Shown here piece by piece: positions 12,308-22,118 of a stretch of DNA of 64,000 nt. The notes under the pieces are model-generated. The model was given only the letters and a program-made list of their open reading frames with translations. It did not search any database and was not told the DNA's origin. This stretch comes from an uncultured Spirochaetaceae bacterium. Its GTDB lineage: Bacteria > Spirochaetota > Spirochaetia > DTKZ01. Both the position numbers and the translations under genes were made by a program. The stretch covers positions 93,721 to 157,720 of the forward strand of contig CAYNKA010000002.1 of assembly GCA_964397655.1 (NCBI GenBank). The letters run 5' to 3'. Position 1 is the first letter of the stretch. Every line of letters starts with the position of its first letter.

Positions 12308-12849
12308 GAATCACCGGAGGATCCCTCGGCGGAAGAACGATCGCGGTCGCCAAGGGGGACCTGGAAATACGGCCCGCGATGGACATGATGCGGGAATCGG
12401 TCTTCGCGATCCTCGGAGGAACCCTGGGGGGGGCGACCTTCCTCGACCTCTTCAGCGGATCGGGCATCGTGGGAATCGAGGCCTATTCGAGGGGTGCGTC
12501 GGAAGTGGTCCTCGTGGAGAAGGACCCGGCGAAACGGAGGACGCTCCTCGGGAACGCGGAACTCGCGGAGGGGCACGCGAAGGTCCGCATCATGCCGGTC
12601 GAGCGTTACCTGAAATACGGCAAGGAAGGCCCCTTCGACTTCGTGTTCATTGATCCCCCCTTCCCCTACCGGTTCAAGAGGGAACTCCTCGAGATGCTCG
12701 AAGCGTCCTCCCTGCTCGCGGAAACAGGCATTGCGATGATCCACTCGCCCCGCGAGGACGAGCTCCCGGAGATCGTCGGCAGGCTCCGCATGACGGATCT
12801 CAGGAAATACGGACGTTCCATCGTGAGGTTCTATGCGTTATTCCGATAG
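12304..12849 (+). CDS. rsmD: 16S rRNA (guanine966-N2)-methyltransferase
   Basis: SAM-dependent methyltransferase motifs (LDLFSGSGIVGIEAYSRGA, DPPF). Shares an ATGA overlap with recG. Confidence 0.8.
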
Positions 12850-12950
12850 CGCCCTCGCTCCGCCCAATCTTCACCGCTCCGACCTTGCACGGCTCACGGC
12901 TTGCTGTTATTATTGACCGAACAGATAGGAATACAAGGAGTCCTCCTTCC

Positions 12951-14075
12951 GTGAATCTTAAAACCCGAGCGTTCCTCCAGCTGCCCCAGGGCGCGGAAAG
13001 TTTTTACCTCGATGAGGCCCAGCGGCACGAAGAGATACTCGAGGAACTCAGGGGATTGTATTATTCCTGGGGTTATCTGCCCGTGAAGACCCCGGTTTTC
13101 GATTTTTACGACATCTACCGCCCCCTCCTCGACGCCGGCGCGAAGGAGAAGATCTACCGCCTCATCGACCGCGAGGGCGACCTCCTCATGCTCCGATCCG
13201 ACGTCACGCTCTTCCTCGCGAAGCAGATGGGCACCATCCTCTCGGGCGAGGACCTCCCCCTCCGGCTCTGGTACGCAGACACGATCCTCCGGCATCAGGA
13301 CGCCGAGGACATATCCAAGAACGAGTTCTTCCAGGTAGGGGCCGAACTCATCGGGAAGAAGGGCGCCTACGCGGACCTCGAGGTTCTCATGATGCTCGTG
13401 AAATCGCTCGAGAAGGCGGGATTGAAGGACTATTACATCCATCTGGGATCGCGTGAAATCTTCGACCGCTGCTTCGCAGGCATTTCCGAGGAGCGCAAGA
13501 AGGCCCTGCTCGGGGCCATCGGCCTCAGGGACGGAGCCGCGGTCGGAAACGTCTTCCGCGACATCGGGGTCGGCCCGAAGGTTGCGGACTTCCTGCTCCG
13601 CTTCTTCCGGTACATCGGGGACGCCGACGGTCTCGCGGCGCTCAGCGGGGAGGGCGCGAAGCAAGGCCATCTCTCGAAGGACGTCATCGCCTCGGTCTCC
13701 TACCTCTCGTCGATCTGGGAGGAACTCGTGAAGACCGGCGTCTCCGGCCTTTTCCGCATTGACCTATCCGAGGTGGGCGGGCAGCCGTACTACACCGGCC
13801 TCGTCTTCCAGGCCTTCAAGGAGGGCGTCGACTCGGCCTTCGCCTCGGGAGGCAGGTACGACGAGCTTCTCGCCCGCTACGGCGTGAACGCGCCCTCGGC
13901 CGGCTTCTCCATCATGCTCAGGAAGATCGAGTCCCTCGTCGCCGACGGGAGAGACGCCGCGGCCGAGGAACCCTTCGAGGCCGCGGGAAAGAGCTTCGCC
14001 GAGGCCTTCGAAGCAGCGGAACGGGCCAGAAGGAGCGGCCGGGTCGCACGTATCGAAGGAGAGCCCCATGCCTGA
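12951..14075 (+). CDS. hisZ: ATP phosphoribosyltransferase regulatory subunit (HisRS-like)
   Basis: Class II aaRS-like fold without an anticodon-binding domain, located directly upstream of short-form hisG. A GTG start at 12951 with an AAGGAG ribosome-binding site 10 nt upstream is preferred over the ORF-track start at 12885. Confidence 0.75.
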   Translation: MNLKTRAFLQLPQGAESFYLDEAQRHEEILEELRGLYYSWGYLPVKTPVFDFYDIYRPLLDAGAKEKIYRLIDREGDLLMLRSDVTLFLAKQMGTILSGEDLPLRLWYADTILRHQDAEDISKNEFFQVGAELIGKKGAYADLEVLMMLVKSLEKAGLKDYYIHLGSREIFDRCFAGISEERKKALLGAIGLRDGAAVGNVFRDIGVGPKVADFLLRFFRYIGDADGLAALSGEGAKQGHLSKDVIASVSYLSSIWEELVKTGVSGLFRIDLSEVGGQPYYTGLVFQAFKEGVDSAFASGGRYDELLARYGVNAPSAGFSIMLRKIESLVADGRDAAAEEPFEAAGKSFAEAFEAAERARRSGRVARIEGEPHA

Positions 14076-14694
14076 CGCCAAGCCCCTCACCCTCGCCCTC
14101 CCGAAGGGCCGTCTCTTCGATCAGGTCCTCGAACACCTCTCCGCCCGAGGACTCTACGTCAAGGTGGAGGACAGGAAGCTCGTCGCCTCCGACGAGGCCG
14201 GCAGGCTCCGCATCTTCCTGGTGAAGAACTCCGACCTCCCGGTGTACGTGACCCACGGCATCGCCGGTCTCGGCATCTGCGGCTCGGACGTGATCTACGA
14301 GTCGGGGCACACCTTCATCCGCCTCATGGACTTCCCCTTCGGGGGGACGAGGATGTGTCTCGCCTCCCGCGGGAATCACGAGCGGGAGGACGAGGCGAAG
14401 CGCCTCAAGGTCGCCACGAAGTACCCCAGGTTCACCCGCGACTATTTCCACGCCAAGGGCATTCCGGTCGAGATCATCAAACTGAACGGTTCCGTGGAAC
14501 TCGCCCCGGTGCTGGGGCTCGCCCCCTACATCGTGGATCTCGTGGAAACCGGCTCGACCCTAGCGGCGAACGACCTCAAGGTCCTCGAGGAACTCGAGGC
14601 GGTAAAGGTGTTTCTTATTGCTAATCCGGCGTATTATAAAGTACATTATAGCCAGATCGACGAATTCACGGCTTTCTTGAAGGAAACCCCATGA
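14068..14694 (+). CDS. hisG: ATP phosphoribosyltransferase (short form)
   Basis: LTLALPKGRL N-terminus and a short-form length of 208 aa. Adjacent to hisZ. Confidence 0.9.
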   Translation: MPDAKPLTLALPKGRLFDQVLEHLSARGLYVKVEDRKLVASDEAGRLRIFLVKNSDLPVYVTHGIAGLGICGSDVIYESGHTFIRLMDFPFGGTRMCLASRGNHEREDEAKRLKVATKYPRFTRDYFHAKGIPVEIIKLNGSVELAPVLGLAPYIVDLVETGSTLAANDLKVLEELEAVKVFLIANPAYYKVHYSQIDEFTAFLKETP

Positions 14695-15281
14695 AGGACG
14701 AACGCATCGCCGTATCCCGAAAGACGAAAGAAACCGACATCGACCTCGTCCTCGTTCCCGTCCCAGGGGCCGAGGTGAAGATCGCGGCGGGAGTCCCCTT
14801 CTTCGGGCATCTCCTCACGTCGATGGCCTTCCACGGCGGATTCGGCCTGGAGATCCGGGCGACCGGGGACCTGGACGTGGATCCCCACCATCTCGTGGAG
14901 GACGTGGGCCTCGTCCTCGGCGACGCGTTCCACATTCTGCTCGAACGACGAGGCGGAGTCGCCCGCTTCGGCTTCATGGCCATCCCCATGGACGACGCGC
15001 TTTCGGAGGCGATCGTGGACGTCTGCGACCGCCCCTATCTCTCGTACCGAGCGGATTATCCCCAGAGCATCGTGGGCGGTTTCGATGTCTCCCTTCTGAG
15101 GGAGTTCTTTCTCGCTTTCACGAACCGGGCCAGGATCAATCTGCATCTCGTCTGCAGGTACGGCGAGAACAGCCATCACATGGCGGAATCCCTGTTCAAG
15201 GCGATGGGAAAGGCCCTGGGCCAGGCATACGCGCCGAAAGGGACGAAAAGAGAGGGAATGTCGACGAAGGGTTCGCTCTAG
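14691..15281 (+). CDS. hisB: Imidazoleglycerol-phosphate dehydratase
   Basis: N-terminus RKTKETDIDL and the HHLVED motif. Length 196 aa. Confidence 0.9.
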   Translation: MKDERIAVSRKTKETDIDLVLVPVPGAEVKIAAGVPFFGHLLTSMAFHGGFGLEIRATGDLDVDPHHLVEDVGLVLGDAFHILLERRGGVARFGFMAIPMDDALSEAIVDVCDRPYLSYRADYPQSIVGGFDVSLLREFFLAFTNRARINLHLVCRYGENSHHMAESLFKAMGKALGQAYAPKGTKREGMSTKGSL

Positions 15282-15301
15282 CATGCCGCGTTTTCCAAAA
15301 T

Positions 15302-15709
15302 GTGGTTCGGGTATTTCATTTTATGGACATTCATGATATATTCAAAGGAAAATCCGAGGCGGGATTTCTCCTTGGCAGCGGAAATAAAGCTCCTGCCCTC
15401 TCGAACGAACAGCGAATTGCCCTCATAAGAAAAGGTAACGAGCTATTCAACAAGGGGGACGTGGCGACCGCGGAGCGCATCTACATCACGTCGGGATACG
15501 GCGACGGCCTCATCCGGATGGGAGATTACTACTACAAGAAGCGGCGGCCGATGAACGCCTTTCGCATGTATTGGCTCGCGAAAGACAAGTCGAGATCGGA
15601 CAAGCTCATTGAGAAGATGGCCGCCGTAATTCAAGCGTGGCTCTCGTCGGACGTCGAAGGACAGAATCAGGATTACGGACCGCAAAATGGAAAAACCGGA
15701 AATGCATGA
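15302..15709 (+). CDS. Hypothetical protein (TPR-like)
   Basis: ORF of 135 aa with no recognized motif. Sits upstream of a TPR-repeat protein gene. Confidence 0.35.
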   Translation: MVRVFHFMDIHDIFKGKSEAGFLLGSGNKAPALSNEQRIALIRKGNELFNKGDVATAERIYITSGYGDGLIRMGDYYYKKRRPMNAFRMYWLAKDKSRSDKLIEKMAAVIQAWLSSDVEGQNQDYGPQNGKTGNA

Positions 15710-16850
15710 AGGCTTGGACGAGAAAAGGGAATTCGATCTTCAAGCCCCAGTTCACGAAGAGGGGAAACCGGAAATATCCGATCTCTCCCAAAAAGGTTAT
15801 CTCTATTTGAAGGAAAACCGCATCGAGGACGCGGAGGCCTGTTTCAGGCAGATCATCGAAATCGAGCCGGAAAACAACTACGCCCTCGTCGGCCTCGGGG
15901 ACGCAGCCCGGAAACAGGGGAAATTCCAGAACGCCATCGGTTTTTACGACAAGTGCCTGCAATTCCATCCCGGAAACAACTACGCTCTCTTCGGGCTCGC
16001 GGACTGCTACAAGGCCCTTCAGCGTTACGCCAAGGCGATCGAGATCTGGGAGCAATACCTCGTCCATGACGACAAGAACATCACCGTCCTCACCAGGATC
16101 GCGGACGCCTACAGGAAGGTCCGCAACCTGATCCGTTCCCGCGACATCTATCAGCGGGTCCTAACCATGGAACGGGACAATCCCTATGCCCTGATAGGAC
16201 TCGGCCACCTGTTCTACGACTTCAAGGAATACGAAAAGGCCCTCTTCTACTGGGAACGGATGATACAGGTCCACGGCAACAGCGTGGACATCCGGGTCCT
16301 CACCTCGGTCGGCAACTGTCATCGGAAGCTGAAGACCTTCAAGAAGGGAATCGAATACTTCAACAAGGCCCTGGAAGCGGAGCCGAACAACTTCTACGCC
16401 CTCTTCGGGATGGCGGACTGTTACCGGGGACTCAACCTTCACCGGGAGTCGCTCGGATATTGGAACAGGATCCTCGCGATCAACCCGGAGAACAAGGTGA
16501 TCCTCACGCGCGCCGGCGACGCCTACCGCTCCATGGGGGCATTCGACGAGGCGGAGGAGAACTACAAGAAGGCGCTCAACATCGAATTCGACGCCTACGC
16601 CATCCTCGGCCTCGCCCTCATCAACAAGCAGAAAGGCAAATACGCAGAGGCGATCGAGTCCCTTTCGGGACTCCTCAAGAACGACCAGAAGAACGCCCGG
16701 CTCTATCTCGAGATAGCCGAATGCCACGTCAGGCTCGGCCAGAAACGGAAGGCCTATGAAACGCTTTCGGCCTTCATGAGCCTCGGCCTCCGCAACTCCT
16801 ACGTCAACGAAATGTTCGAGAAGCTCAGGAGAGACTTCCAGCAGTCATGA
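15687..16850 (+). CDS. Tetratricopeptide (TPR) repeat protein
   Basis: Multiple 34-aa repeats with NNYAL.GLGD/ADCY signatures. Confidence 0.7.
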   Translation: MEKPEMHEGLDEKREFDLQAPVHEEGKPEISDLSQKGYLYLKENRIEDAEACFRQIIEIEPENNYALVGLGDAARKQGKFQNAIGFYDKCLQFHPGNNYALFGLADCYKALQRYAKAIEIWEQYLVHDDKNITVLTRIADAYRKVRNLIRSRDIYQRVLTMERDNPYALIGLGHLFYDFKEYEKALFYWERMIQVHGNSVDIRVLTSVGNCHRKLKTFKKGIEYFNKALEAEPNNFYALFGMADCYRGLNLHRESLGYWNRILAINPENKVILTRAGDAYRSMGAFDEAEENYKKALNIEFDAYAILGLALINKQKGKYAEAIESLSGLLKNDQKNARLYLEIAECHVRLGQKRKAYETLSAFMSLGLRNSYVNEMFEKLRRDFQQS

Positions 16851-17701
16851 AGGCCAGCTCCGGCCGCGACCTCTCGACGAGAATCCTCGATTCCTTTCTC
16901 GATCCCGACGGCACGACGAAGCTCCGCATCGGCCTCTCCGACGGGGCCGTCGTTGAATGCGTCCTCCTCCGGGACCGGGGCGGGCGCAGGACCGCCTGTC
17001 TCTCCTCTCAGGCCGGGTGCGGCCAGGGCTGCCTCTTCTGCGCGACCGGCCGTCTCGGATTCAAGCGAAATCTCACGACCCAGGAAATCCTCGAGCAATA
17101 CCTCCACCTGAACGCGGCCTACGGCCCGGTCGGGAACGTCGTGTTCATGGGCATGGGGGAACCGCTCGAGAACCTGGCGGCCCTCAGGGAAAGCGTCGAC
17201 CGCTTCGTCGATCCCAGGGGATTAGGCCTCGCCCCGCGGCACCTCACGGTCTCGACGAGCGGCACGGTGCCGGGCATCGTCGGCCTCGCGGAGAGCCATC
17301 CATCCCTCGGCCTCGCCGTCTCCCTCGTCACCGCGGACGAGGAGGAACGGAGGGCCCTCATGCCCGGAACGAGGCGGTGGGGCCTCGAGGAGCTGAAAGC
17401 GGCCCTGCGTTTCCACCGGGGAAGAACCCGGAAGCGGCTCACGGTCGAGATCGTCCTGCTCCGGGGCGTCAACGACCGCCCTGCGGACGTCGAAAAGCTC
17501 AAAACCTTCCTCACCGGCCTCGACGCGATCGTCAACCTCCTTCCCTGGAACCCGGTCCCGGGCCTCGACTTCTCCCCTGCCTCCGACGCGGCGGTACAGC
17601 TCTATTACCGGGAACTCGTCGCGGCCGGGATACCCGCGGTCAGGCGCTTCCCCCGCGGCGCCTCGGTCTGCGGTGCCTGCGGACAACTCGGCTCGGTTTG
17701 A
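16847..17701 (+). CDS. rlmN: Radical SAM RlmN/Cfr-family rRNA/tRNA methyltransferase (short N-terminus)
   Basis: Radical-SAM motif CGQGCLFC, the conserved C-terminal CGACGQL, and MGMGEPL. Confidence 0.7.
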   Translation: MKASSGRDLSTRILDSFLDPDGTTKLRIGLSDGAVVECVLLRDRGGRRTACLSSQAGCGQGCLFCATGRLGFKRNLTTQEILEQYLHLNAAYGPVGNVVFMGMGEPLENLAALRESVDRFVDPRGLGLAPRHLTVSTSGTVPGIVGLAESHPSLGLAVSLVTADEEERRALMPGTRRWGLEELKAALRFHRGRTRKRLTVEIVLLRGVNDRPADVEKLKTFLTGLDAIVNLLPWNPVPGLDFSPASDAAVQLYYRELVAAGIPAVRRFPRGASVCGACGQLGSV

Positions 17702-17706
17702 AATTC

Positions 17707-17745
17707 AATGCAAAAAAAGCCGCTCCGGCGACGGGCCGGGCGGCT
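17707..17745 (-). terminator. Rho-independent terminator downstream of alaS
   Basis: On the minus strand, a GC-rich stem (GCCGCCCGGCCCGTCGCCGGAGCGGC) is followed by TTTTTTT. Confidence 0.5.
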
Positions 17746-17792
17746 CATTCGTTCAAGGCGCCTTGATTCGCGGCGCCCTTCGATTACAGCGT

Positions 17793-19583
17793 CTAGCGCT
17801 CCAGGACCGCCCGGATGCGGCGGACGCCCGCGGACGAGGACTGCTCCTTCTGGATGACGAATTTCCCCATGCCGCCGGTGCGTTCCACGTGAGGCCCGCC
17901 GCAGACTTCCTTGGAGAAGTCGCCGATCGAGTAGACCTTCACCTTCTCCTCGTACCGGTCGCCGAAGAAGGCGAATGCCCCGCCCTTCCTCGCCTCGTCG
18001 AGGCTCATGATCTCCATGGAGACCGGGAGGTCCCGCTTGATCGCGTCGTTCACGATCTCGCCCACCCGCTTGATCTCCTCGTCGCTCATGGGCGAGTGAT
18101 GGGAGAAGTCGAAGCGGAGCCGCTCGGCGGTGATGTTGCTGCCCATCTGCTTGACGTGGTCGCCCAGGACCATGTGGAGGGCCTTGTGGAGGAGGTGGGT
18201 CGCGGTGTGGAGGGCCGTCGTCATCTCGCTGTTGTCCGCGAGGCCGCCCTTGAAGGTCTTCTCCGCGCCCTGCTTGGAGAGCTCCTGGTGCTTGGAGAAA
18301 GCCTCCTCGAAGCCCTTCCTGTCCACGCTCATGCCGTGCTCGGAGGCGAGCTCCTCGGTGAGCTCGATGGGGAAACCGTAGGTGTCGTAGAGCCGGAAGG
18401 CGACCCTGCCGGGGATGACCTTCTGGGGGTTCTTCATGAGGTTGGGGAGGAGCTTCTCGAACTCGTGCTCGCCCTTCTGCAGGGTGAGGAGGAACTTCTC
18501 CTCCTCGCGGGTGAGGTCCTCGAGGATCGCGGCCTTCTTCCCCGCGAAGCAGGGATAGTACTTCTCGTAGGCGTCGACCACGACCGCTGACACCGAGGCG
18601 AGGAAGGCCTCCTCCTTGCCGAGCTTGCGGCCGTGCCTGCTCGCCCTGCGGATGAGGCGGCGCAGGATGTAGCCCTGACCGACGTTGGAGGGCTTCATGC
18701 CCTTCTCGTCGCCGAGGATGAAGGTGGCGGTCCTTACGTGATCAGAAATGATGCGGATCGAGCGGTCCTTGTCCGGGTCCGCGCCGTACTTCGCGCCCGT
18801 GACCTTCTCGATGGCGCCGATGATGGGCGCGAAGACCTCGGTTTCGTAGACCGACTTCTTGCCCTGGATCATGGCCGAGGTCCGCTCGATGCCCATGCCC
18901 GTGTCCACGCACTGGCGGGCGAGCTTCTCGTAAGTCCCGGAGGCGGTCTTGTTGTACTGCATGAAGACGTCGTTCCAGACCTCGAAGTACTTGCCGCAGT
19001 GGCAACCGGGCCTGCACTCGGGCGAGCAGGCGGGCTTTCCCGTGTCGATGAACATCTCGGAGTCCGGGCCGCAGGGACCGGTCTCGCCCGCGGGGCCCCA
19101 CCAGTTGTCCTCGCGCGGGAGGAAGTAGATCCGCGAATCCGGGATGCCGAGGCTGCGCCACACCGCCGCGGACTCCTCGTCCGCCGGCACGTTCCCGTCG
19201 CCCTTGAACACGGTGACCGAGAGCTTGGCCGGGTCGAAGCCGAGCCATTCCTTCGAGGTGAGGAATTCGTAGCTCATGGAAATGGCTTCTTTCTTGAAGT
19301 AGTCGCCGAGGGACCAGTTCCCGAGCATCTCGAAGAAGGTGAGGTGGCTCGGGTCGCCGACCGCGTCGATGTCCCCGGTCCTGATGCACTTCTGGTAGTT
19401 CACGAGCCGCGTTCCCGCGGGGTGCTTTTCGCCCAGGATATAGGGAACGAGGGGGTGCATGCCCGCCGTGGTGAAGAGTACCGTCGGATCGTTCTCCGGT
19501 ATGAGGGATTTTCCCGATATTTCCTTATGTCCTTTGGAGATAAAGAATCTGATGTATTTTTCTCGCAGTTCGTTTGCCGTCAT
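17793..19583 (-). CDS. alaS: Alanine--tRNA ligase (catalytic, tRNA-recognition and editing domains; no C-Ala domain)
   Basis: Class II AlaRS N-terminal motifs (FTTAGM, FFEMLGNWSLGDYFK) and editing-domain motifs (HTATHLLHKALH, CGGPHV). It is only 596 aa. Confidence 0.9.
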   Translation of the reverse strand: MTANELREKYIRFFISKGHKEISGKSLIPENDPTVLFTTAGMHPLVPYILGEKHPAGTRLVNYQKCIRTGDIDAVGDPSHLTFFEMLGNWSLGDYFKKEAISMSYEFLTSKEWLGFDPAKLSVTVFKGDGNVPADEESAAVWRSLGIPDSRIYFLPREDNWWGPAGETGPCGPDSEMFIDTGKPACSPECRPGCHCGKYFEVWNDVFMQYNKTASGTYEKLARQCVDTGMGIERTSAMIQGKKSVYETEVFAPIIGAIEKVTGAKYGADPDKDRSIRIISDHVRTATFILGDEKGMKPSNVGQGYILRRLIRRASRHGRKLGKEEAFLASVSAVVVDAYEKYYPCFAGKKAAILEDLTREEEKFLLTLQKGEHEFEKLLPNLMKNPQKVIPGRVAFRLYDTYGFPIELTEELASEHGMSVDRKGFEEAFSKHQELSKQGAEKTFKGGLADNSEMTTALHTATHLLHKALHMVLGDHVKQMGSNITAERLRFDFSHHSPMSDEEIKRVGEIVNDAIKRDLPVSMEIMSLDEARKGGAFAFFGDRYEEKVKVYSIGDFSKEVCGGPHVERTGGMGKFVIQKEQSSSAGVRRIRAVLER

Positions 19584-19617
19584 GATGAAAGGATAGTACG
19601 GGGGGAAGGCCGGCCTG

Positions 19618-20742
19618 TCAATCCACCATCTTGTCGGCTTCGCGGCGGATCACGAGCTTGCCTTCTTCCTCGAGCCGTTTCAGGGTGCCGAGGAAATCCT
19701 TGGTCGCCGCGTCCACTTCCTTCCGGGGCACCGGGCCGATGAAGCGGTACTCGTCCGCGACGAAGCTCCTCCGCCTTTCCGACAGGCAGCCGAGGACCTT
19801 CGCCCTGATCCGGTCCGTCTTGCCCTTGAGGACGAGGGCGATTTCGCGGTTCTCGATGTCCGCGAGCACCTTCTGGAGGTCACGGTCTTCGATGCCTTCG
19901 AGAACGTCGATGCTGAAAAGCCGGTCCCTGATCTCCTCGGCGACCTCGGGGGCCTCCTCGCCGAGACGGCCCAGGATTTCCTCCTCCTTCGAGAGATCCA
20001 CGTATTTGAGGATCTCGGCGAGCACCGATTTGCCGTCGACTTCGACCGTAGACACGGGCGCGGCCTGGCGCCTCATCTTCTCCCTCAGCGCCTCTTCGAC
20101 CTTCACGAGCACGTCGAGATTGATCTTCTGCTTCTTCGCCATCCGCTTGACGAGGTCCTTGCGGAAGTCGGCGTCGAACAGCTCGAAGAGGCGGGAGGCC
20201 TTTTCCGCCGGAAGATGGGGGACGATAACGGAAAGGACCGCGGGGGTCTCCTCGCGGAGCAGGGCGAAGGCCTGATTCGGCTCGAGCTCGCCGAGAAAAT
20301 CGAAGAGCTTCTTCTGCTCGGGAGGAACGCTTCGGGAAAGAATGGCCCTGCCCTTCTCCTCCCCGAAGGCGTCGACGAGCATCCTGCGGGCGGTCTCCAC
20401 CCCTCCCGACGGGAACCTGCGGGCCTCCTTGAGGAAGCCGACTTCTGCGAGGAGTCGCTCCGCTTCGGCGGGCTCGATGCGCTTGATCTTCGCGATCTCG
20501 CGGCTGATGGCCTCCACCTCCTGCTCGGTGAAATGCCTGAGGATCTTGCCCGCCTCCTCCTTGCCGATGAGCAGGAGGAATTTCGCCGCTTTCCGGTAGG
20601 GATTCTCCCCGGAGGTCCTGATGAGACCCTCGACCTTCGTTTCCGAGGAACCCTCGGGCGGGTCCTTTTCCTTCCGGCCGTCCTCCGTCGCGCCCTGCAT
20701 GGTCCTGCGATAGGCGTCGATTCCCCGTTTCGTGTTAGCCAT
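19618..20742 (-). CDS. fliG: Flagellar motor switch protein FliG
   Basis: FliG N-terminal, middle and C-terminal domain pattern (LLLIGKEEAGKILRH ... MAKKQKINLDVLVKVEE ... torque helix). Length 374 aa. Confidence 0.8.
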   Translation of the reverse strand: MANTKRGIDAYRRTMQGATEDGRKEKDPPEGSSETKVEGLIRTSGENPYRKAAKFLLLIGKEEAGKILRHFTEQEVEAISREIAKIKRIEPAEAERLLAEVGFLKEARRFPSGGVETARRMLVDAFGEEKGRAILSRSVPPEQKKLFDFLGELEPNQAFALLREETPAVLSVIVPHLPAEKASRLFELFDADFRKDLVKRMAKKQKINLDVLVKVEEALREKMRRQAAPVSTVEVDGKSVLAEILKYVDLSKEEEILGRLGEEAPEVAEEIRDRLFSIDVLEGIEDRDLQKVLADIENREIALVLKGKTDRIRAKVLGCLSERRRSFVADEYRFIGPVPRKEVDAATKDFLGTLKRLEEEGKLVIRREADKMVD

Positions 20743-20823
20743 ACGGAAACATACTACTTCGCCCCGTTTCCGCGGTCAATCGGCATGGCAAGAGGCATCG
20801 AGATGGGGTAGAATTGAATCAGG

Positions 20824-22113
20824 ATGGAAGGATACTACCATTTCAACATTTTCAGCTGGATCCTCCTCGCATCCTCCACGGCGGGCATCTGGCTCTTCTT
20901 CCTGCTCCGCCAGGCCTGGCGAAACGCCCATGAAGCGAAATGCCTGTCCTTCTTCAGCCTCGCGGTAGGCGAGTGGGCCCTCGCGAATCTCTTCGAAAAC
21001 GCGGGAATGACCTACGAGCTCAAGCTGCTCTGGTCGCAGATCTCCTATGTCGGGATCGTCTCGGCTCCCGTCTTCGCTTTCATGTTCGCGCTCGGCACGA
21101 CCGGGAAGGAACGTCACCTGACGGTTCGGAACCTGGTCCTCGTCTCCCTCGTCCCGGCGGCCACGCTGATCATGGCATTCACGAACGAGCTTCACAACCT
21201 GCTGTGGACCTACATCCACATTCAACCGCGGTCCTACATAGCCATCTACGGCCACGGACCCTGGTTCTGGATCTTCATCATCTACGTCTACCTCCTCATG
21301 TCGGCTTCCCTCGCGATCTACGTGATCCCGATGATCCGCTACCCGCGGTACTACCGTCTCCGCAACATCATCTTCACCGCAGGGTTCCTCCTCCCGCTCG
21401 TCGGCAACGCGATGTACATCCTCGAGCTGAATCCCCTTCCCGGCATGGACTGGGGCCCCGTATTCTTCCTCGTCTCCTGCGTTCTCTTCGCGATCGGGAT
21501 CCTCCGCTTCCGCATCTTCGACGTCGTACCCGTGGCGAGATCCCTGCTCGTGGAAACGATGGGGGACGGGCTCATCGTCCTCGACGAGCAGGACCGGGTG
21601 CTCGACCTCAATCCCTCGATGATAAACATACTCGGCGGCACGAGGGAGATTCGGATGGGCGTCAATGCGTCCGTCGTGTTCTCGGCCTGGCCCGAAATAC
21701 TCGACAGACTGGACGATCCGGCCGAGGGCTTTTCCGAGATCGCCCATGTCATGGGGGACGACGTTCTGTACTTCGACATGAGAATTACCACCCTGTTTCT
21801 CTCGGCCTCCAGGAAAATGACCGGCAAGCTCATCGTGCTCAGGGACATCACCAAGAGGAAAAGGCTCGAGAACGAGAGGGAGAAACTCATCCGGGACCTC
21901 AGGGAGGCCTCCAACCAGGTTTCGACCCTCCGCGGGCTCCTGCCCATCTGCGCCTCGTGCAAGAAGATCAGGGACGACAAGGGATACTGGCACGGGGTCG
22001 AGGCCTACATCGGGAGACTTTCCGGCGTCGAGTTCACCCACGGACTCTGTCCGGAATGCCTGAAGAAACTCACCGAAAAGCATAAAGACGAAGAATCCGG
22101 GAAAGAAACCTGA
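20824..22113 (+). CDS. Membrane sensor: N-terminal 7TM domain, PAS domain and a Cys-rich C-terminal module (no recognizable catalytic output domain)
   Basis: Seven predicted TM helices, then a PAS-like segment, a coiled coil, and the C-terminal motif LLPICASCKKIRDDKGYW ... FTHGLCPEC. Confidence 0.7.
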   Translation: MEGYYHFNIFSWILLASSTAGIWLFFLLRQAWRNAHEAKCLSFFSLAVGEWALANLFENAGMTYELKLLWSQISYVGIVSAPVFAFMFALGTTGKERHLTVRNLVLVSLVPAATLIMAFTNELHNLLWTYIHIQPRSYIAIYGHGPWFWIFIIYVYLLMSASLAIYVIPMIRYPRYYRLRNIIFTAGFLLPLVGNAMYILELNPLPGMDWGPVFFLVSCVLFAIGILRFRIFDVVPVARSLLVETMGDGLIVLDEQDRVLDLNPSMINILGGTREIRMGVNASVVFSAWPEILDRLDDPAEGFSEIAHVMGDDVLYFDMRITTLFLSASRKMTGKLIVLRDITKRKRLENEREKLIRDLREASNQVSTLRGLLPICASCKKIRDDKGYWHGVEAYIGRLSGVEFTHGLCPECLKKLTEKHKDEESGKET

Positions 22114-22118
22114 TCGCG

